Shown piece after piece: positions 46,027 through 55,934 of a DNA stretch of 64,000 nucleotides (the first letter of the stretch is position 1; each line of letters opens with the position of its first letter). The stretch is from the NCBI GenBank assembly GCA_963848045.1, contig CAWKCC010000002.1:168374-232373 (forward strand), written 5' to 3'. Origin of the DNA: an uncultured Solirubrobacterales bacterium (GTDB lineage Bacteria; Actinomycetota; Thermoleophilia; Solirubrobacterales; 70-9). Both the position numbers and the translations under genes were made by a program. The notes under the pieces are model-generated. The model was given only the letters and a program-made list of their open reading frames with translations, made no database searches and was not told where the DNA came from.

Positions 46027-47558
46027 GCCGACCAGCTACGCCCGCCGACCCGGAAGTGATCGAGGACGGTCGGCGCGATGTCGCGCAGCGACCACGGGTG
46101 CTTCGACGGACGGCGCGGCCCGCAGCCCACCATCAGCAGCGGCGCCAGCGAGTCTTCTCGGCTGAGGGCGCCGTGGCTGCCGCCGCCCATGTGGCTGACG
46201 CCACCCCAGTCCACGCACTCGTACCCGTCCGACGCCGAGATCAGCACGTCCCCCGCGTGAGGTGAGATCAGGGCCGACCACAACCTCGAGAGCGCGTCGG
46301 GATACTCGTGGCTCTCGAAGAGCCCGCGGCTGGTATCCGCCCGCAGCGCCTCGGGCTCGCCCTCGACCATCCAGCTACCGCCGCGCTCGTCGCGCAGCCC
46401 TTCCCCGGGCCTGAAGCGGAGCTCGTGGCCGTTGCGAGCGACCACGGCGCGCAGTTCACCGTCGGCCCGCAGGCCGACTCCGTCGCGCCGGGTCGGCTCG
46501 TCCTGGGGACCGGTCAGCCAGGCGACCAGGTCCACACCGTCGAGACCGCGCAGGCGCCCGCGGATCGCCTCATGGATGGCACCCGGGTCGGGCACCGACT
46601 CGAGCACGTAAACGGCGGCCGCTCGAGAGGTGGGGCTGACCGCGATCTGCGCGTTCTCGGGCTGGTCCTCGTTGGGCTGCAGCACATGCCAGTCGCTTCC
46701 CAGCTCCTCGGCGAGCGGCAGCGCATGCTCGACGTCGGACTGAGCGTGGTCGGCCGTAAGGATCACCGCGTGGTCGGAGAGGAAGGCGTCAAGGCCGCCT
46801 CCCGCTTCGACCACGCGGGCGAAGGCGGCGTCGGCCTTGGCGATCGACCTGCCGGTGGCGCCGGGCCCATGCCGATGCGAGTAGTAGTCGTTGTCGGGTA
46901 GCCCAAGCAGGAGGAAGTCGAAGGCGTCGTCGCGAACGAGCGCCTCCCCCACGCAGGCGGAGTACTCGTCGCGAATGCCGGGGCGCCCCAGCCTGGAAGC
47001 GCATCCGGTCGGGCGGCTGGCATAGAGATCGCCGTAGAAGAACTCGTCGGGCGCCCAGACCGCGTGCCGGAAGCCGCCGGCGGCGGCGGCGCGCTTGGCG
47101 AGCCCTTCGAGCCCCAGCTTGTGCCTGCTGCGGCCGCGGTAGATGAGGAAGGGGGTCAGCGCGGTCCGAACGCCCGCGTCGCCGAGACTCTCGAACACGG
47201 TCTCGGTCTCCCAGTTGAGGTGGTCGAGGTTCATGTTGTAGATCAGGTCGTACATCGCGCGGAAGAGACCGAAGGTGCGTGTCGCCTCGAACGAGGAGCC
47301 GTAGTCGATGTAGCGGCGCTCCAGCCGGTGGTACCAGTTCATGCCCATCACCCCGTGAGCGCCGGGGCCTACCCCGGTCAGCATCTCCGAGGAGCACACG
47401 GGGGTCACCGAGGGGAAGCTCGAGACCATGTCGTCGACCAGCTCGCCTCGCTCCGCGAGCCCCGCGAATGTCGGGGCCTCGCCGGAATCGATCGCCTCGC
47501 GGAGGATGCGCGGGTGCATCGCGTCCACCACCACGAGCACGAGCTTTCGCCTGGTCAC
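46023..47558 (-). CDS. Alkaline-phosphatase-superfamily protein (type I phosphodiesterase/nucleotide pyrophosphatase-like)
   Basis: VLVVVDAMHP...FPSVTPVCSSEMLTG (metal/nucleophile Thr region), LGLPDNDYYSHRHGP, LTADHAQ, GGGSHGAL. The GTG at 47558 (VTRRKLVLVV) is preferred. The track ORF extends to 47933 through Arg/Gly-rich sequence. Confidence 0.7.
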   Translation of the reverse strand: MTRRKLVLVVVDAMHPRILREAIDSGEAPTFAGLAERGELVDDMVSSFPSVTPVCSSEMLTGVGPGAHGVMGMNWYHRLERRYIDYGSSFEATRTFGLFRAMYDLIYNMNLDHLNWETETVFESLGDAGVRTALTPFLIYRGRSRHKLGLEGLAKRAAAAGGFRHAVWAPDEFFYGDLYASRPTGCASRLGRPGIRDEYSACVGEALVRDDAFDFLLLGLPDNDYYSHRHGPGATGRSIAKADAAFARVVEAGGGLDAFLSDHAVILTADHAQSDVEHALPLAEELGSDWHVLQPNEDQPENAQIAVSPTSRAAAVYVLESVPDPGAIHEAIRGRLRGLDGVDLVAWLTGPQDEPTRRDGVGLRADGELRAVVARNGHELRFRPGEGLRDERGGSWMVEGEPEALRADTSRGLFESHEYPDALSRLWSALISPHAGDVLISASDGYECVDWGGVSHMGGGSHGALSREDSLAPLLMVGCGPRRPSKHPWSLRDIAPTVLDHFRVGGRSWSA

Positions 47559-47566
47559 CGCCCCCC

Positions 47567-48022
47567 CTACCGCAGGACCCGAAGGCCCTCGTGCTTCTGC
47601 TCCGAGCGACGGCGCCGCGAGAACGACAGCCAGGCCAGCGCCACCAGCACGACCAGGGCCACGGGCGGGACGAGAAGGCTCGCCACGGCGACCAGCGCGG
47701 CCGCCAGCACGACCAGCGCGGTAACACCGGCCGGAGCCTGGGCCGCAACCGCGTCGACTCCGCCGCGGGCGCGCCGGGCTGCGCCTGCTGCGACGTCGCG
47801 GCTGACCGCCGCGGCGAGGCCCGCGCCGGCGAAGCCGACCGGCAGCGCCGGCCAGATCGCCTCGCCCTCGCCCGAGAGGGCCAGAGCGCAGGCGACGATG
47901 CCGAGCGGTGCGGCTGCGGCGATCGCCCCCCACGGGGGCATCACCGGCGGCAGCACGACGCCGATCACGAGTCCGGCGGCGATGGCCAGGCCAAGGCCCT
48001 GACAGATCGCTAGGAGGTCCAT
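47567..48022 (-). CDS. Small hydrophobic membrane protein (hypothetical)
   Basis: The ATG at 48022 (MDLLAICQGLGLAIAAGLVIG...) gives 4 predicted helices. The stop is 6 nt before the phosphodiesterase-like gene start. Confidence 0.45.
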   Translation of the reverse strand: MDLLAICQGLGLAIAAGLVIGVVLPPVMPPWGAIAAAAPLGIVACALALSGEGEAIWPALPVGFAGAGLAAAVSRDVAAGAARRARGGVDAVAAQAPAGVTALVVLAAALVAVASLLVPPVALVVLVALAWLSFSRRRRSEQKHEGLRVLR

Positions 48023-48098
48023 GATTCGGGCCGAGAGGCTACAGGCCGAGGCACCGCGCGCCATGCGGTTTCGGCGAGCTAGCCCCCGCCGGCGATCG

Positions 48099-48584
48099 CT
48101 ACTGGTCCTCCGCGAAGTCCTCGGGCGAGACGTTGTCGAGGAACTCCTTGAACTTGTCCACGACCTCCTCGGTGTCCTCCGGGGCGGCGCCATCCTCGAA
48201 CTCGATCGCGGACTCCTCGATCACCTCGTCGGCGGCGAAGATCGGGCATGAGCAGCGGACCGCGAGGGCGAGGGCGTCGGAGGGGCGCGCGTCGATCTCG
48301 AGCTCGGAGCCGCTGACGGAGATCGTGATCGAGGCGTAGAACGTGTTCTCGCGCAGCTCGGTGACCGAGACCTTCTCGCACTTCGCGCCCATCGACTCCA
48401 GCACCTCGGAGAGCAGGTCGTGGGTCATCGGGCGGGGCGTGGAGGTCCCCTGGAGCTTCATCAGGATCGCCGCGGCCTCGGGGTGGCCGATCCAGATCGG
48501 CAGGAACTTGTTGCCCTCGGCCGTTTTCAGCAGCACGATCGGCTGCTTGCCGACCATGTCGAAGCTGACGCCGTAGATGCTCAT
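48099..48584 (-). CDS. Bifunctional nuclease (BFN/DUF151) family protein
   Basis: QPIVLLKTAEGNKFLPIWIGHPEAAAILMKLQG...PRPMTHDLL...FYASI...IDARPSDALALAVR..CPIF. ATG at 48584; a GTG at 48593 is an alternative. Confidence 0.8.
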   Translation of the reverse strand: MSIYGVSFDMVGKQPIVLLKTAEGNKFLPIWIGHPEAAAILMKLQGTSTPRPMTHDLLSEVLESMGAKCEKVSVTELRENTFYASITISVSGSELEIDARPSDALALAVRCSCPIFAADEVIEESAIEFEDGAAPEDTEEVVDKFKEFLDNVSPEDFAEDQ

Positions 48585-48626
48585 CTTCTGCACGAGTCCG
48601 GTACTCCCGAGGTGGGGGGCGTCGCC

Positions 48627-48632
48627 AGTATA
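48627..48632 (-). promoter_or_regulatory. Candidate -10 (TATACT) for the nuclease gene
   Basis: TATACT on the - strand, ~40 nt upstream of the ATG at 48584. Confidence 0.3.
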
Positions 48633-48834
48633 GATCCGGCCCTGCGGCCTTCCCGCCAACCAACCGTGCCCGCGGGGCCTGCTGTCTCGGAGGCGGCGAG
48701 GAGATGCTCCTCCTTCCCCCGCCCGGACCTCGGGCGCAGAAGGAACCGATCGGGCATGATCTGGCCGCGTGGCGGAGTCCGAAGAGAGCGCTGGAAGCTC
48801 CTTGATCCCCAGGCGCGCGGAGGCAGGCATTCTG

Positions 48835-49443
48835 ATGGCGCTCGCCATCTCGGCCGCCTCGCTCGCGCTCGCCCCGACGCTGATGCCGGACAGCTACTCC
48901 TGGACGGCGCAGACGACGAGTGAGTCAGGGGCCCAGGGCGTCGAGGGGGCCTGGCTGGCCCGCCTGGGCTTTCTCCTCCTCGGCCTGGCGGTGATCTGGC
49001 TGGCCGTGCTGGCCCGCGCCGCATGGGGGCGCTGGGGAACCGCCCTTCAACTCTCGTTCGGGGCTTTCATGCTCGCCACCGCCGCTTTCTCCACTCGCCC
49101 CTGGGAGGAAGGAGCCCGCTTCGACCGCACCGAGGACGACCTGCACACGGTCGCCTCGACCGCCGTCGGCTTCTCCTTTGCTTTCGGTGTTCTCGCGGTG
49201 AGCTTGCAGCGAGACACGGATCGCATCCGCGCGCGAGCCTTCGATCTGATCGCGGTCGCCACGGCCGGTCTGGTGCTCCCGGTCTGCATGACGATCTGGG
49301 GCGAGGCCGAAGGGGTCCTTCAACGAGCGATCTTCCTCGTCGCCTATGCCTGGTATGCGGCCGCGGCGCTGCGCCTGTCGGACGGCTCCGGCCTACTCCG
49401 CCTTCGGCAGGCTCGCGGGGCGGGTCGCGCGGCGCACCGCTAG
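48835..49443 (+). CDS. Hypothetical membrane protein (DUF998-like)
   Basis: The ATG at 48835 (MALAISAASLALAP...) gives six hydrophobic segments. Family guess is from the pattern only. Confidence 0.45.
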   Translation: MALAISAASLALAPTLMPDSYSWTAQTTSESGAQGVEGAWLARLGFLLLGLAVIWLAVLARAAWGRWGTALQLSFGAFMLATAAFSTRPWEEGARFDRTEDDLHTVASTAVGFSFAFGVLAVSLQRDTDRIRARAFDLIAVATAGLVLPVCMTIWGEAEGVLQRAIFLVAYAWYAAAALRLSDGSGLLRLRQARGAGRAAHR

Positions 49444-49453
49444 CGTTCGGGTC

Positions 49454-50671
49454 GTGACACCCTCGGAAGCCTCCGCTTCCCGCCGGCGGGCGCTGACGCT
49501 TCTCGCCATCGCTCTGGTGCTCTCGATGTCGACCTGGTTCTCGGCCTCGGCGGTCCTGCCCCAGCTTCGAGCGGAGTGGGCGCTCTCTGACTCTGCGGCC
49601 GCGTGGCTGACGATCGCCGTCCAGCTCGGGTTCGTGGTCGGCGCGGTCGCTGCCGCGCTCCTCAACGTCTCCGACGTGATCCGGCCGCAGCGCGTGATCC
49701 TCGCCGGTGCATCCGGCGCAGCGATCGCAAACGGGCTGCTGGCCCTCGCCGACGGGCCCGCGCAGGCGATCGCGCTTCGGTTCGCCACCGGGGTCTGCCT
49801 GGCCCAGGTCTACCCTCCGGCGCTGAAGGTGATGTCGACCTGGTTTCGCGAGCGCAGGGGGACCGCGCTGGGGGTGCTGGTCGGGGCCCTCACCGTTGGC
49901 TCGGCCCTACCCCACCTGGTCAACGGGTTGGGCGGGCTCGACTGGCACTTCGTGATCGGGGTCACCTCGGCGCTCACCGTGGTCGGCGGGCTGATCGCCG
50001 GAATTGCGGTCGCCGACGGCCCCTACCCCTTCCCCCGCGCCGTCTTCGATCCGCGGCAGGCCCACAGGGCCCTGGCCAACCGCGGTGTTCGCCTCGCGAC
50101 CCTGGGGTACTTCGGCCACATGTGGGAGCTGTACGCGATGTGGGCCTGGTTCGTGATCTTCTTCGCGGCCGCGCTCGAGTCGCAGGGGACAGATCCCGGC
50201 TCGGAGGCCGCCTACGCCACCTTCGCGGTGATAGGTATCGGCGGCGTGGGCTGCTGGGTGGGCGGCGTTATGGGCGACCGCTGGGGGCGGACCAACACGA
50301 CCGCGCTGATGATGCTGGTCTCGGGGCTGTGCGCGCTCTCGATCGGCCTCCTGTTCACGGAGCCGACCTGGGTCGTGCTCGCGGTGGGGCTCGTCTGGGG
50401 CTTCGCCGTGGTCGCGGACTCGGCGCAGTTCTCGACCATCGTCACCGAGCTCGCCGACCAGGCGTATGTCGGGACGGCCCTCACCCTTCAGCTCGCGCTC
50501 GGCTTCATCCTCACCGTGGCGACGATCTGGCTGATCCCGATCCTGCAGGACGAGGTCGGCTGGCGCTGGGCGTTCGCCTTCCTCGCTCCGGGCCCGCTGC
50601 TCGGGATCGCGGCGATGCTGCGGCTCAGGGCCACTCCCGAGGCGGAGCTGATCGCCGGCGGGCGAGGCTGA
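49454..50671 (+). CDS. MFS transporter
   Basis: 12 predicted TM helices and an MFS loop motif around FRERRGTALG. The GTG at 49454 is preferred over the track start at 49346, which overlaps the previous gene. Confidence 0.75.
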   Translation: MTPSEASASRRRALTLLAIALVLSMSTWFSASAVLPQLRAEWALSDSAAAWLTIAVQLGFVVGAVAAALLNVSDVIRPQRVILAGASGAAIANGLLALADGPAQAIALRFATGVCLAQVYPPALKVMSTWFRERRGTALGVLVGALTVGSALPHLVNGLGGLDWHFVIGVTSALTVVGGLIAGIAVADGPYPFPRAVFDPRQAHRALANRGVRLATLGYFGHMWELYAMWAWFVIFFAAALESQGTDPGSEAAYATFAVIGIGGVGCWVGGVMGDRWGRTNTTALMMLVSGLCALSIGLLFTEPTWVVLAVGLVWGFAVVADSAQFSTIVTELADQAYVGTALTLQLALGFILTVATIWLIPILQDEVGWRWAFAFLAPGPLLGIAAMLRLRATPEAELIAGGRG

Positions 50672-50695
50672 GCGCGCCGGCCCGCTGCAGCCAGG

Positions 50696-51100
50696 TCAGA
50701 GGGGCTCGGTCCAGACGAGGGCGGAACCGTCGAGCACGACCGTCGCCTCCTGGTTCGTGATCGTCGTCCGGAGCTTGGTCAGCGGCTTGTCCTCGCGCGC
50801 CTCCAGCACCTCGACCTCGGCCGTGATCTCGTCGCCCGGATGCACCGGCGCCTTGAAGTCCCAGTCGACATGCAGAAAGACGGTTCCCGGTCCGGGCAGA
50901 TCCTCGGCGACCACGGCGTTCAGCAGCCCGGAGGTGACCCCGCCCTGGACGATAATCCCCCCGAACTTCGATTTCGCCGCCGCCCGTTCGTCGTAGTGCA
51001 GGGGATTACGGTCGCCGGTCAACTCGGTGAACAGCTCGATGTCGCGATCGCGGACCGTCCGCGTCCTGCGCGCGACCTGCCCTACCTCTGGCGAGCTCAC
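50696..51100 (-). CDS. MaoC-like (R)-specific enoyl-CoA hydratase / hotdog-fold dehydratase
   Basis: FTELTGDRNPLHYDE..A....FGGIIVQGGVTSGLL: the typical MaoC dehydratase motif. Confidence 0.8.
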   Translation of the reverse strand: MSSPEVGQVARRTRTVRDRDIELFTELTGDRNPLHYDERAAAKSKFGGIIVQGGVTSGLLNAVVAEDLPGPGTVFLHVDWDFKAPVHPGDEITAEVEVLEAREDKPLTKLRTTITNQEATVVLDGSALVWTEPL

Positions 51101-51277
51101 GCGCGCAGCCTACGCTTGTTCCCGGCTCCGGGGGCGCAGCGTCCAAAGCTCAACACCTGCTGCCAGTGAGGTGCCCGCCTTCGCCGCAAACGTCATAGGC
51201 TGCCCGATCACCCACATGGCGAGCTCGCGGGTCTTGGTCGCCCGGAGCGACGAGCGTGAGGGGAGGGCATCGAGCAA

Positions 51278-52882
51278 GTGAGAGGCCGGGCCTCAGTCGC
51301 ATGGCTCGCGATCGCGGCGGCACTGGCGCTCGGCGCGGCAGGCCCTCCCGCCGAGGCCCGCCAGGGAGGGTCGGGCAAGCGGCCGAACATCCTCGTGATC
51401 ATGACCGACGATCAGAGCCTCGCCGACGTCAACCACATGCCCAATGTCCGCAAGCTGCTGGCGCGCCGGGGCACGAGCTTCTCCCACGCGGTCGATTCGT
51501 TCCCCCTCTGCTGCCCCGCCCGCGCCACCTTCATCACGGGCCAGTACGCCCACAACCATGGCGTCGCCGGGAACTTCTATCCCTACGGCTGGTACGGGAT
51601 GAAGGCAAGGCAGAACTCTCTTCCCAGGTGGCTGCAGAAGCGCGGCTACATCACCGCCATGGTCGGCAAGTGGCTGAACGGCTACGGCGCCCTCGACGGC
51701 CACGGTGAGATCCCTCGTGGGTTCCGTATCTGGCGCGGCCTGCTCGACGTCTCCTCCTACGACTACTTCAACTTCATCATGAACTCGAACGGCAGGCTCC
51801 GCAGCTGGGGCGACCGCTCGTTCGCGGAGAAGCTGGTCGAGTTCGCGAACATCCAGGTCAGAGGAGGGCCGCGGCCCTCCGCGCTGCAGGTCCTCCAGCT
51901 CGCCCAGTCGATCTTCACGCCCGGCTACTACGGCACCGCTGAGCCGCAGAACTACTCACCCGACGTGACCGGCAAGATCACCCGCAAGCTGGTGCGCCGC
52001 CAGGCGAAGGCGAAGAAGCCGTTCTTCATCTGGTGGGCGCCGGCGGCGCCGCACCGCGAGGACGTGGCGACGACGATCCTGGGTCGCCCCGGCGCCGATC
52101 CGCGGGCGGCGCCGCGCTATGAGCAGTTCAGCCAAAGCCTGCAGCTGCCGCGGCCGCCCTCGTTTAACCACAGCGACCCGGCCGATCCCGAGAGCATGAT
52201 CGCCCAATTGCCGAGCATGACGCCGGCCGAGATCAACCAGCTCACCCTGGACTATCAGGGCCGGATCGGGTCGCTGCGGGCGGTGGACGACCACGTCGCC
52301 AAGCTGGTCCGCACGCTGCGCAAGACGCGCCAGCTCCGCAACACACTGATCGTCTTCCTCTCGGACAACGGCTGGGTTCAGGGCGAGCACCGGATCCGGG
52401 GCGACAAGTTCGTGCCCTACGAGGAGTCGATCCACGTCCCCTTCATCATGCGCGGTCCAGGCGTACCGAAGGGGCGCATCGTCAAGGCGCAGGTCTCGAA
52501 CATCGATTTTGCGCGAACCCTGCTGGACGCCGCCTGGGCGCGGCCCGGGCGCGCCCAGGACGGGATCTCGCTGCTGCCGGTGGCGCGCCGTCCCGGCCGC
52601 GCTCCCAACCGGGTGATCGAGCTCGAGGCCCCCAGCCCGCTGTTCCTGGGCCCGGGCTTCCCCATGTCCTACGACAAGCCGTACAAGGGGGTGCGCACCA
52701 ACAAGTACAAGTACATCGTCTGGAGCTACGGCGCCGTCGAGCTCTACGACCTGAGGCGCGACCCCTACGAGATCAACAACGTGGCGGCCGATCCAGGCTA
52801 CGCCGCGGTGATCTCTCGGCTGGCGGGCAGGCTGCAGCGGCTCGACCAATGCCGCGGCGCGGCCTGCGCCGTCTCGCCCTGA
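51278..52882 (+). CDS. Secreted Cys-type sulfatase
   Basis: Signal peptide, PNILVIMTDDQS, the formylglycine motif CCPARATFITGQY (C-x-P-x-R), and LSDNGW. Confidence 0.85.
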   Translation: MRGRASVAWLAIAAALALGAAGPPAEARQGGSGKRPNILVIMTDDQSLADVNHMPNVRKLLARRGTSFSHAVDSFPLCCPARATFITGQYAHNHGVAGNFYPYGWYGMKARQNSLPRWLQKRGYITAMVGKWLNGYGALDGHGEIPRGFRIWRGLLDVSSYDYFNFIMNSNGRLRSWGDRSFAEKLVEFANIQVRGGPRPSALQVLQLAQSIFTPGYYGTAEPQNYSPDVTGKITRKLVRRQAKAKKPFFIWWAPAAPHREDVATTILGRPGADPRAAPRYEQFSQSLQLPRPPSFNHSDPADPESMIAQLPSMTPAEINQLTLDYQGRIGSLRAVDDHVAKLVRTLRKTRQLRNTLIVFLSDNGWVQGEHRIRGDKFVPYEESIHVPFIMRGPGVPKGRIVKAQVSNIDFARTLLDAAWARPGRAQDGISLLPVARRPGRAPNRVIELEAPSPLFLGPGFPMSYDKPYKGVRTNKYKYIVWSYGAVELYDLRRDPYEINNVAADPGYAAVISRLAGRLQRLDQCRGAACAVSP

Positions 52883-52926
52883 TCGCCCGTGCCCGATCGC
52901 GGGTGGGACTCAGTCATGCGCGGGCC

Positions 52927-53832
52927 TCAGAGATCCCGGCCTTCGGGTGAGTCGAGGGCCGAGTGCAGCGCCCGCACGAACACGTCGGGGCGGTCGCGCG
53001 GGGGATCGTCAGCGCAATCGTCGATCACAAGCAACGGCCAGCCATGGCGTGCGCTCACGCGCTCGGCAACTCGCAGCCGGTTGGCGCGGTCCTGCCGTCC
53101 CCAGATCAGGCTGACAGGCAGATCGATCCGCGCGAGGTCCTTGGGCGGGATGCGCGGCAGGCCGACCCGGCGCATGATGCGACCGACGGCCTTGGCGTTC
53201 GGCGAGCGTGCCATCTGCAGGTTGTAGTCGACGAACGGCCCCCAGCTCTCGCCCATGTCATGCCGCAGGCCGTCGAGGTCATGAGAGCATTGCCGCATGA
53301 AGCGCTCGTAGCTCCGCTCGTTCGGCCGGGCCTGGAAGGCGAGCATGGAGAGCGCGAAGCGAGGAGCCGGCCAGAAGCGGGCCAGGCCGAGGCTGTCGAC
53401 CAGAACCAGATGCCTGAGCCGTCCCCCGCGCTCGGTCGCGTAGCGAGCGCCGAGGGCGCCACCGAGCACGTGTCCGACCAGCGCGGGAGGCGACGGACAG
53501 GTTTCGGCGATCAGCTCATCGAGCCAGGCGATCATCGATCCCGGGTCGAGCCGGTCGCCGCGGCTCTCGCTGGCGCCGTGCGAGGGCAGATCGGGGGCGA
53601 TCACCCGGTGGCTGCTGACGAGCTCGGGGATCACGCGCATCCACTTCCCGCCGAACTCCCCCGGGCCGTGCAGAAGCACGAGCGGTGGCCCGGCGCCGCC
53701 CTCCAGCACCGCCGTCGAGATTCCGGCCAGCTTGAGCCGCCGCTCGGCCACCGGGATCTCGGCCAGGAGCCGGTCGCGCGGGTCTGTGCCCGTCGACGTC
53801 GCTCGCTCCTTCTCCTCCACCCTCGTGCTCAT
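52927..53832 (-). CDS. Alpha/beta-hydrolase-fold protein with substituted catalytic residues (probable pseudo-enzyme)
   Basis: Oxyanion region PLVLLHGPG. The nucleophile elbow reads LVGHVLGG (Val where Ser/Asp is expected; codon GTG). The C-terminal His position reads VIDDCADDPPRDRPDVF instead of ..GH.....P..F. Confidence 0.7.
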   Translation of the reverse strand: MSTRVEEKERATSTGTDPRDRLLAEIPVAERRLKLAGISTAVLEGGAGPPLVLLHGPGEFGGKWMRVIPELVSSHRVIAPDLPSHGASESRGDRLDPGSMIAWLDELIAETCPSPPALVGHVLGGALGARYATERGGRLRHLVLVDSLGLARFWPAPRFALSMLAFQARPNERSYERFMRQCSHDLDGLRHDMGESWGPFVDYNLQMARSPNAKAVGRIMRRVGLPRIPPKDLARIDLPVSLIWGRQDRANRLRVAERVSARHGWPLLVIDDCADDPPRDRPDVFVRALHSALDSPEGRDL

Positions 53833-53896
53833 TCTCGCCTCCTTCGTCGGTTCGTCGCGACGAGGCTAGATTCGGAGCGCGATCCGCGCATCGGTT

Positions 53897-53936
53897 GAAC
53901 CACCCAACTTCGCCGCCGGCCGGATCTGGGTGGTTC
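53897..53936. repeat. 10-bp perfect inverted repeat GAACCACCCA ... TGGGTGGTTC (20-nt spacer)
   Basis: Read directly from the sequence. It lies between the hydrolase-like gene start (53832) and the LuxR gene stop (54000). Confidence 0.7.
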
Positions 53937-53999
53937 CACCCACATGGACATGCCTGGTGTCCCGCCGTCCATTGCGCAACTCGAGCTGCGGTGGCGCCC

Positions 54000-55649
54000 T
54001 CAGAGCAAGCCGTGCTCGTAGGCGAACGCCGTAGCCGCCGAGCGGGTGGGTACCCCAAGCTTGGCGAAGATGTTGCTGACGTGGCGCTCCACGGTCCGCT
54101 CGCTCAGCACCAGCTCGACTGCGAGCTCCTTGTTCGTCTTGCCCGAGCAGATCAGTCGAAGCACCTCGCTCTCGCGAGGAGTCAGGCCGTGAGCGTTCCC
54201 CGCGACCGCGGTGCGGCGCAGGGAATCGACACGCGACAGATCCGGCGTCGCCTCCAGCCGCTGGAAGATCTCGGCGGCGGCGCCCAGCTCGAGCTCGGCT
54301 GTCTCGTCGTCACCCAGCGCACGGCAGGCAAGACCGGTCAGCTCCCGCACGCGCCCCAGCTCATACGGCGCGTCCAGCTCCCGCCACAGCACCGCCGAGC
54401 GGCGCAGCGGCGACAGAGCTCGCTTCGCCTCGCCCGAGGCTATCTCGATGGCGCCTCGGGCATGGGTCGCCGCCGCCGAGAGGAAGTCGTTCTCGTGAGC
54501 CTCCGCGAGTTGCTCGAGCTCGCGCGCGGCGTCAGACGCCGCGTCGGCGTCACCGGCGGCCACCATCACCTCGACCAGCGCGGGGAGCAGGGCGGCCCGC
54601 GCCAGGGGATCGATCGTCTCGTCGACGGCGCGGCGGATCGCTGCGGACGCCGAGGCGAGATCGCGTTGTGCGAGCCTCAGCAGTGCCAGCCCCGGCTGAG
54701 GCTCCCAGCCACAGCGGCTCGCCGCCAGGAAGGACTCTTCGGCGCGGTCGTGCTCACCCCTGAGCCGCTGCACCTCGCCCTGGCGGTAGAACGCGGCGCC
54801 CTCGCGTGATGCGCCGGGCGGACGATCGGTCTCTTCGGCGAAGCGCCGGCCCGCAAGGCGCGCCTGGTTGAGCGCATCGCTCCAGGCCCCGTGGAGCTGG
54901 AGGATCTCCGCTCTGTGCACCAGGCATTGCCCGGAGTAGGCGACCATCTGCGGCTGCTCGTCGCACCAGCGGGTCAGGGCCGCGGTCCACTGCTGAGCCC
55001 GGCGTAGCTCGTGCAGCTCCTGGCAATAGGCGATCACGCTGCAGTAGACGAGGCCGGTGACGATCGGTGAGAGCTTCCCGGCGGTCACCGCCACCATCGC
55101 CTCGTCGATCAGCGCGAGACCCTCTCTGATCCTCCCCTGCTTTGTGATCGCGAAGCCCTGTTCATGCATCGCGAGCGCCAGCAGGTCTCGATCGCCGAAG
55201 CGCTCGGCGATCTGCGCCGCGGTGGCCGCGACAGCGGCCGCCTGCTCCCACTCACCCTCGCCCTCGTGCTGGAGGAGCACCGGGATCAGCAGGTACCCGG
55301 ACTCGACGCAGTCGCTCCCGGCGCGCTCGACCAGGCGGCGGCTCCGCCCGAACCAACCGCCGGCCCCGGCCATGTCGCGCCGCGTCGCGAGGTTGATCCC
55401 GATCCAGAACGCGGAGCGAAACGCGGCCAGCGTCTCCCCCGCCTCTAGGTGCGCTTCATGGGCCCGTTCCAGCGCAGCTACAAAATCGCCGTCGCGGCCG
55501 ACCATGAACGCTGAGGTGGCGAGCAACTCGAGGTCCGCGGCGCCCAACGGGTCGAATTCATCGGCTCGCGAGAGGGACTCGAAGGCATCCGACCAGGCCC
55601 GGGCGCGGTAGGCCTCGCGCCCGTCCTTGAGTGGCTGCCCGCCGCTCAC
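54000..55649 (-). CDS. Large LuxR-family transcriptional regulator (helical-repeat N-terminal region plus C-terminal HTH)
   Basis: C-terminus [45 protein letters not shown]. The N-terminal ~470 aa is TPR-like helical repeats without an obvious Walker A. Confidence 0.8.
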   Translation of the reverse strand: MSGGQPLKDGREAYRARAWSDAFESLSRADEFDPLGAADLELLATSAFMVGRDGDFVAALERAHEAHLEAGETLAAFRSAFWIGINLATRRDMAGAGGWFGRSRRLVERAGSDCVESGYLLIPVLLQHEGEGEWEQAAAVAATAAQIAERFGDRDLLALAMHEQGFAITKQGRIREGLALIDEAMVAVTAGKLSPIVTGLVYCSVIAYCQELHELRRAQQWTAALTRWCDEQPQMVAYSGQCLVHRAEILQLHGAWSDALNQARLAGRRFAEETDRPPGASREGAAFYRQGEVQRLRGEHDRAEESFLAASRCGWEPQPGLALLRLAQRDLASASAAIRRAVDETIDPLARAALLPALVEVMVAAGDADAASDAARELEQLAEAHENDFLSAAATHARGAIEIASGEAKRALSPLRRSAVLWRELDAPYELGRVRELTGLACRALGDDETAELELGAAAEIFQRLEATPDLSRVDSLRRTAVAGNAHGLTPRESEVLRLICSGKTNKELAVELVLSERTVERHVSNIFAKLGVPTRSAATAFAYEHGLL

Positions 55650-55816
55650 GCGACTACTCGCGCGGAGCGGGTCGCCCGGTGCGCTCGCTTGATCCCCCGG
55701 CCCGCATCTGGAGCCTGATGGTAGACGGGCGGCTCGCCACCCATGGACAGCTTGTGCCCTGGCTCGACCGCTGTGTTTCGCCGGCGCCGGGCCGGCGATC
55801 TCCGCCGGGCGTACAG

Positions 55817-55890
55817 TGGGCGATCCAGGACTCGAACCTGGGACCTCGTCCTTATCAGAGACGCGCTCTAACCAACTGAGCTAATCGCCC
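55817..55890 (-). tRNA. tRNA-Ile (anticodon GAU)
   Basis: Reverse complement GGGCGATTAGCTCAGTTGGTTAGAGCGCGTCTCTGATAAGGACGAGGTCCCAGGTTCGAGTCCTGGATCGCCCA folds as a cloverleaf with anticodon loop CU-GAU-AA. Stand-alone, not in an rRNA operon. Confidence 0.9.
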
Positions 55891-55934
55891 GTAACGAATG
55901 CCGGGCGCCGCCTGCGGCGCCACCGGGCGCGATT

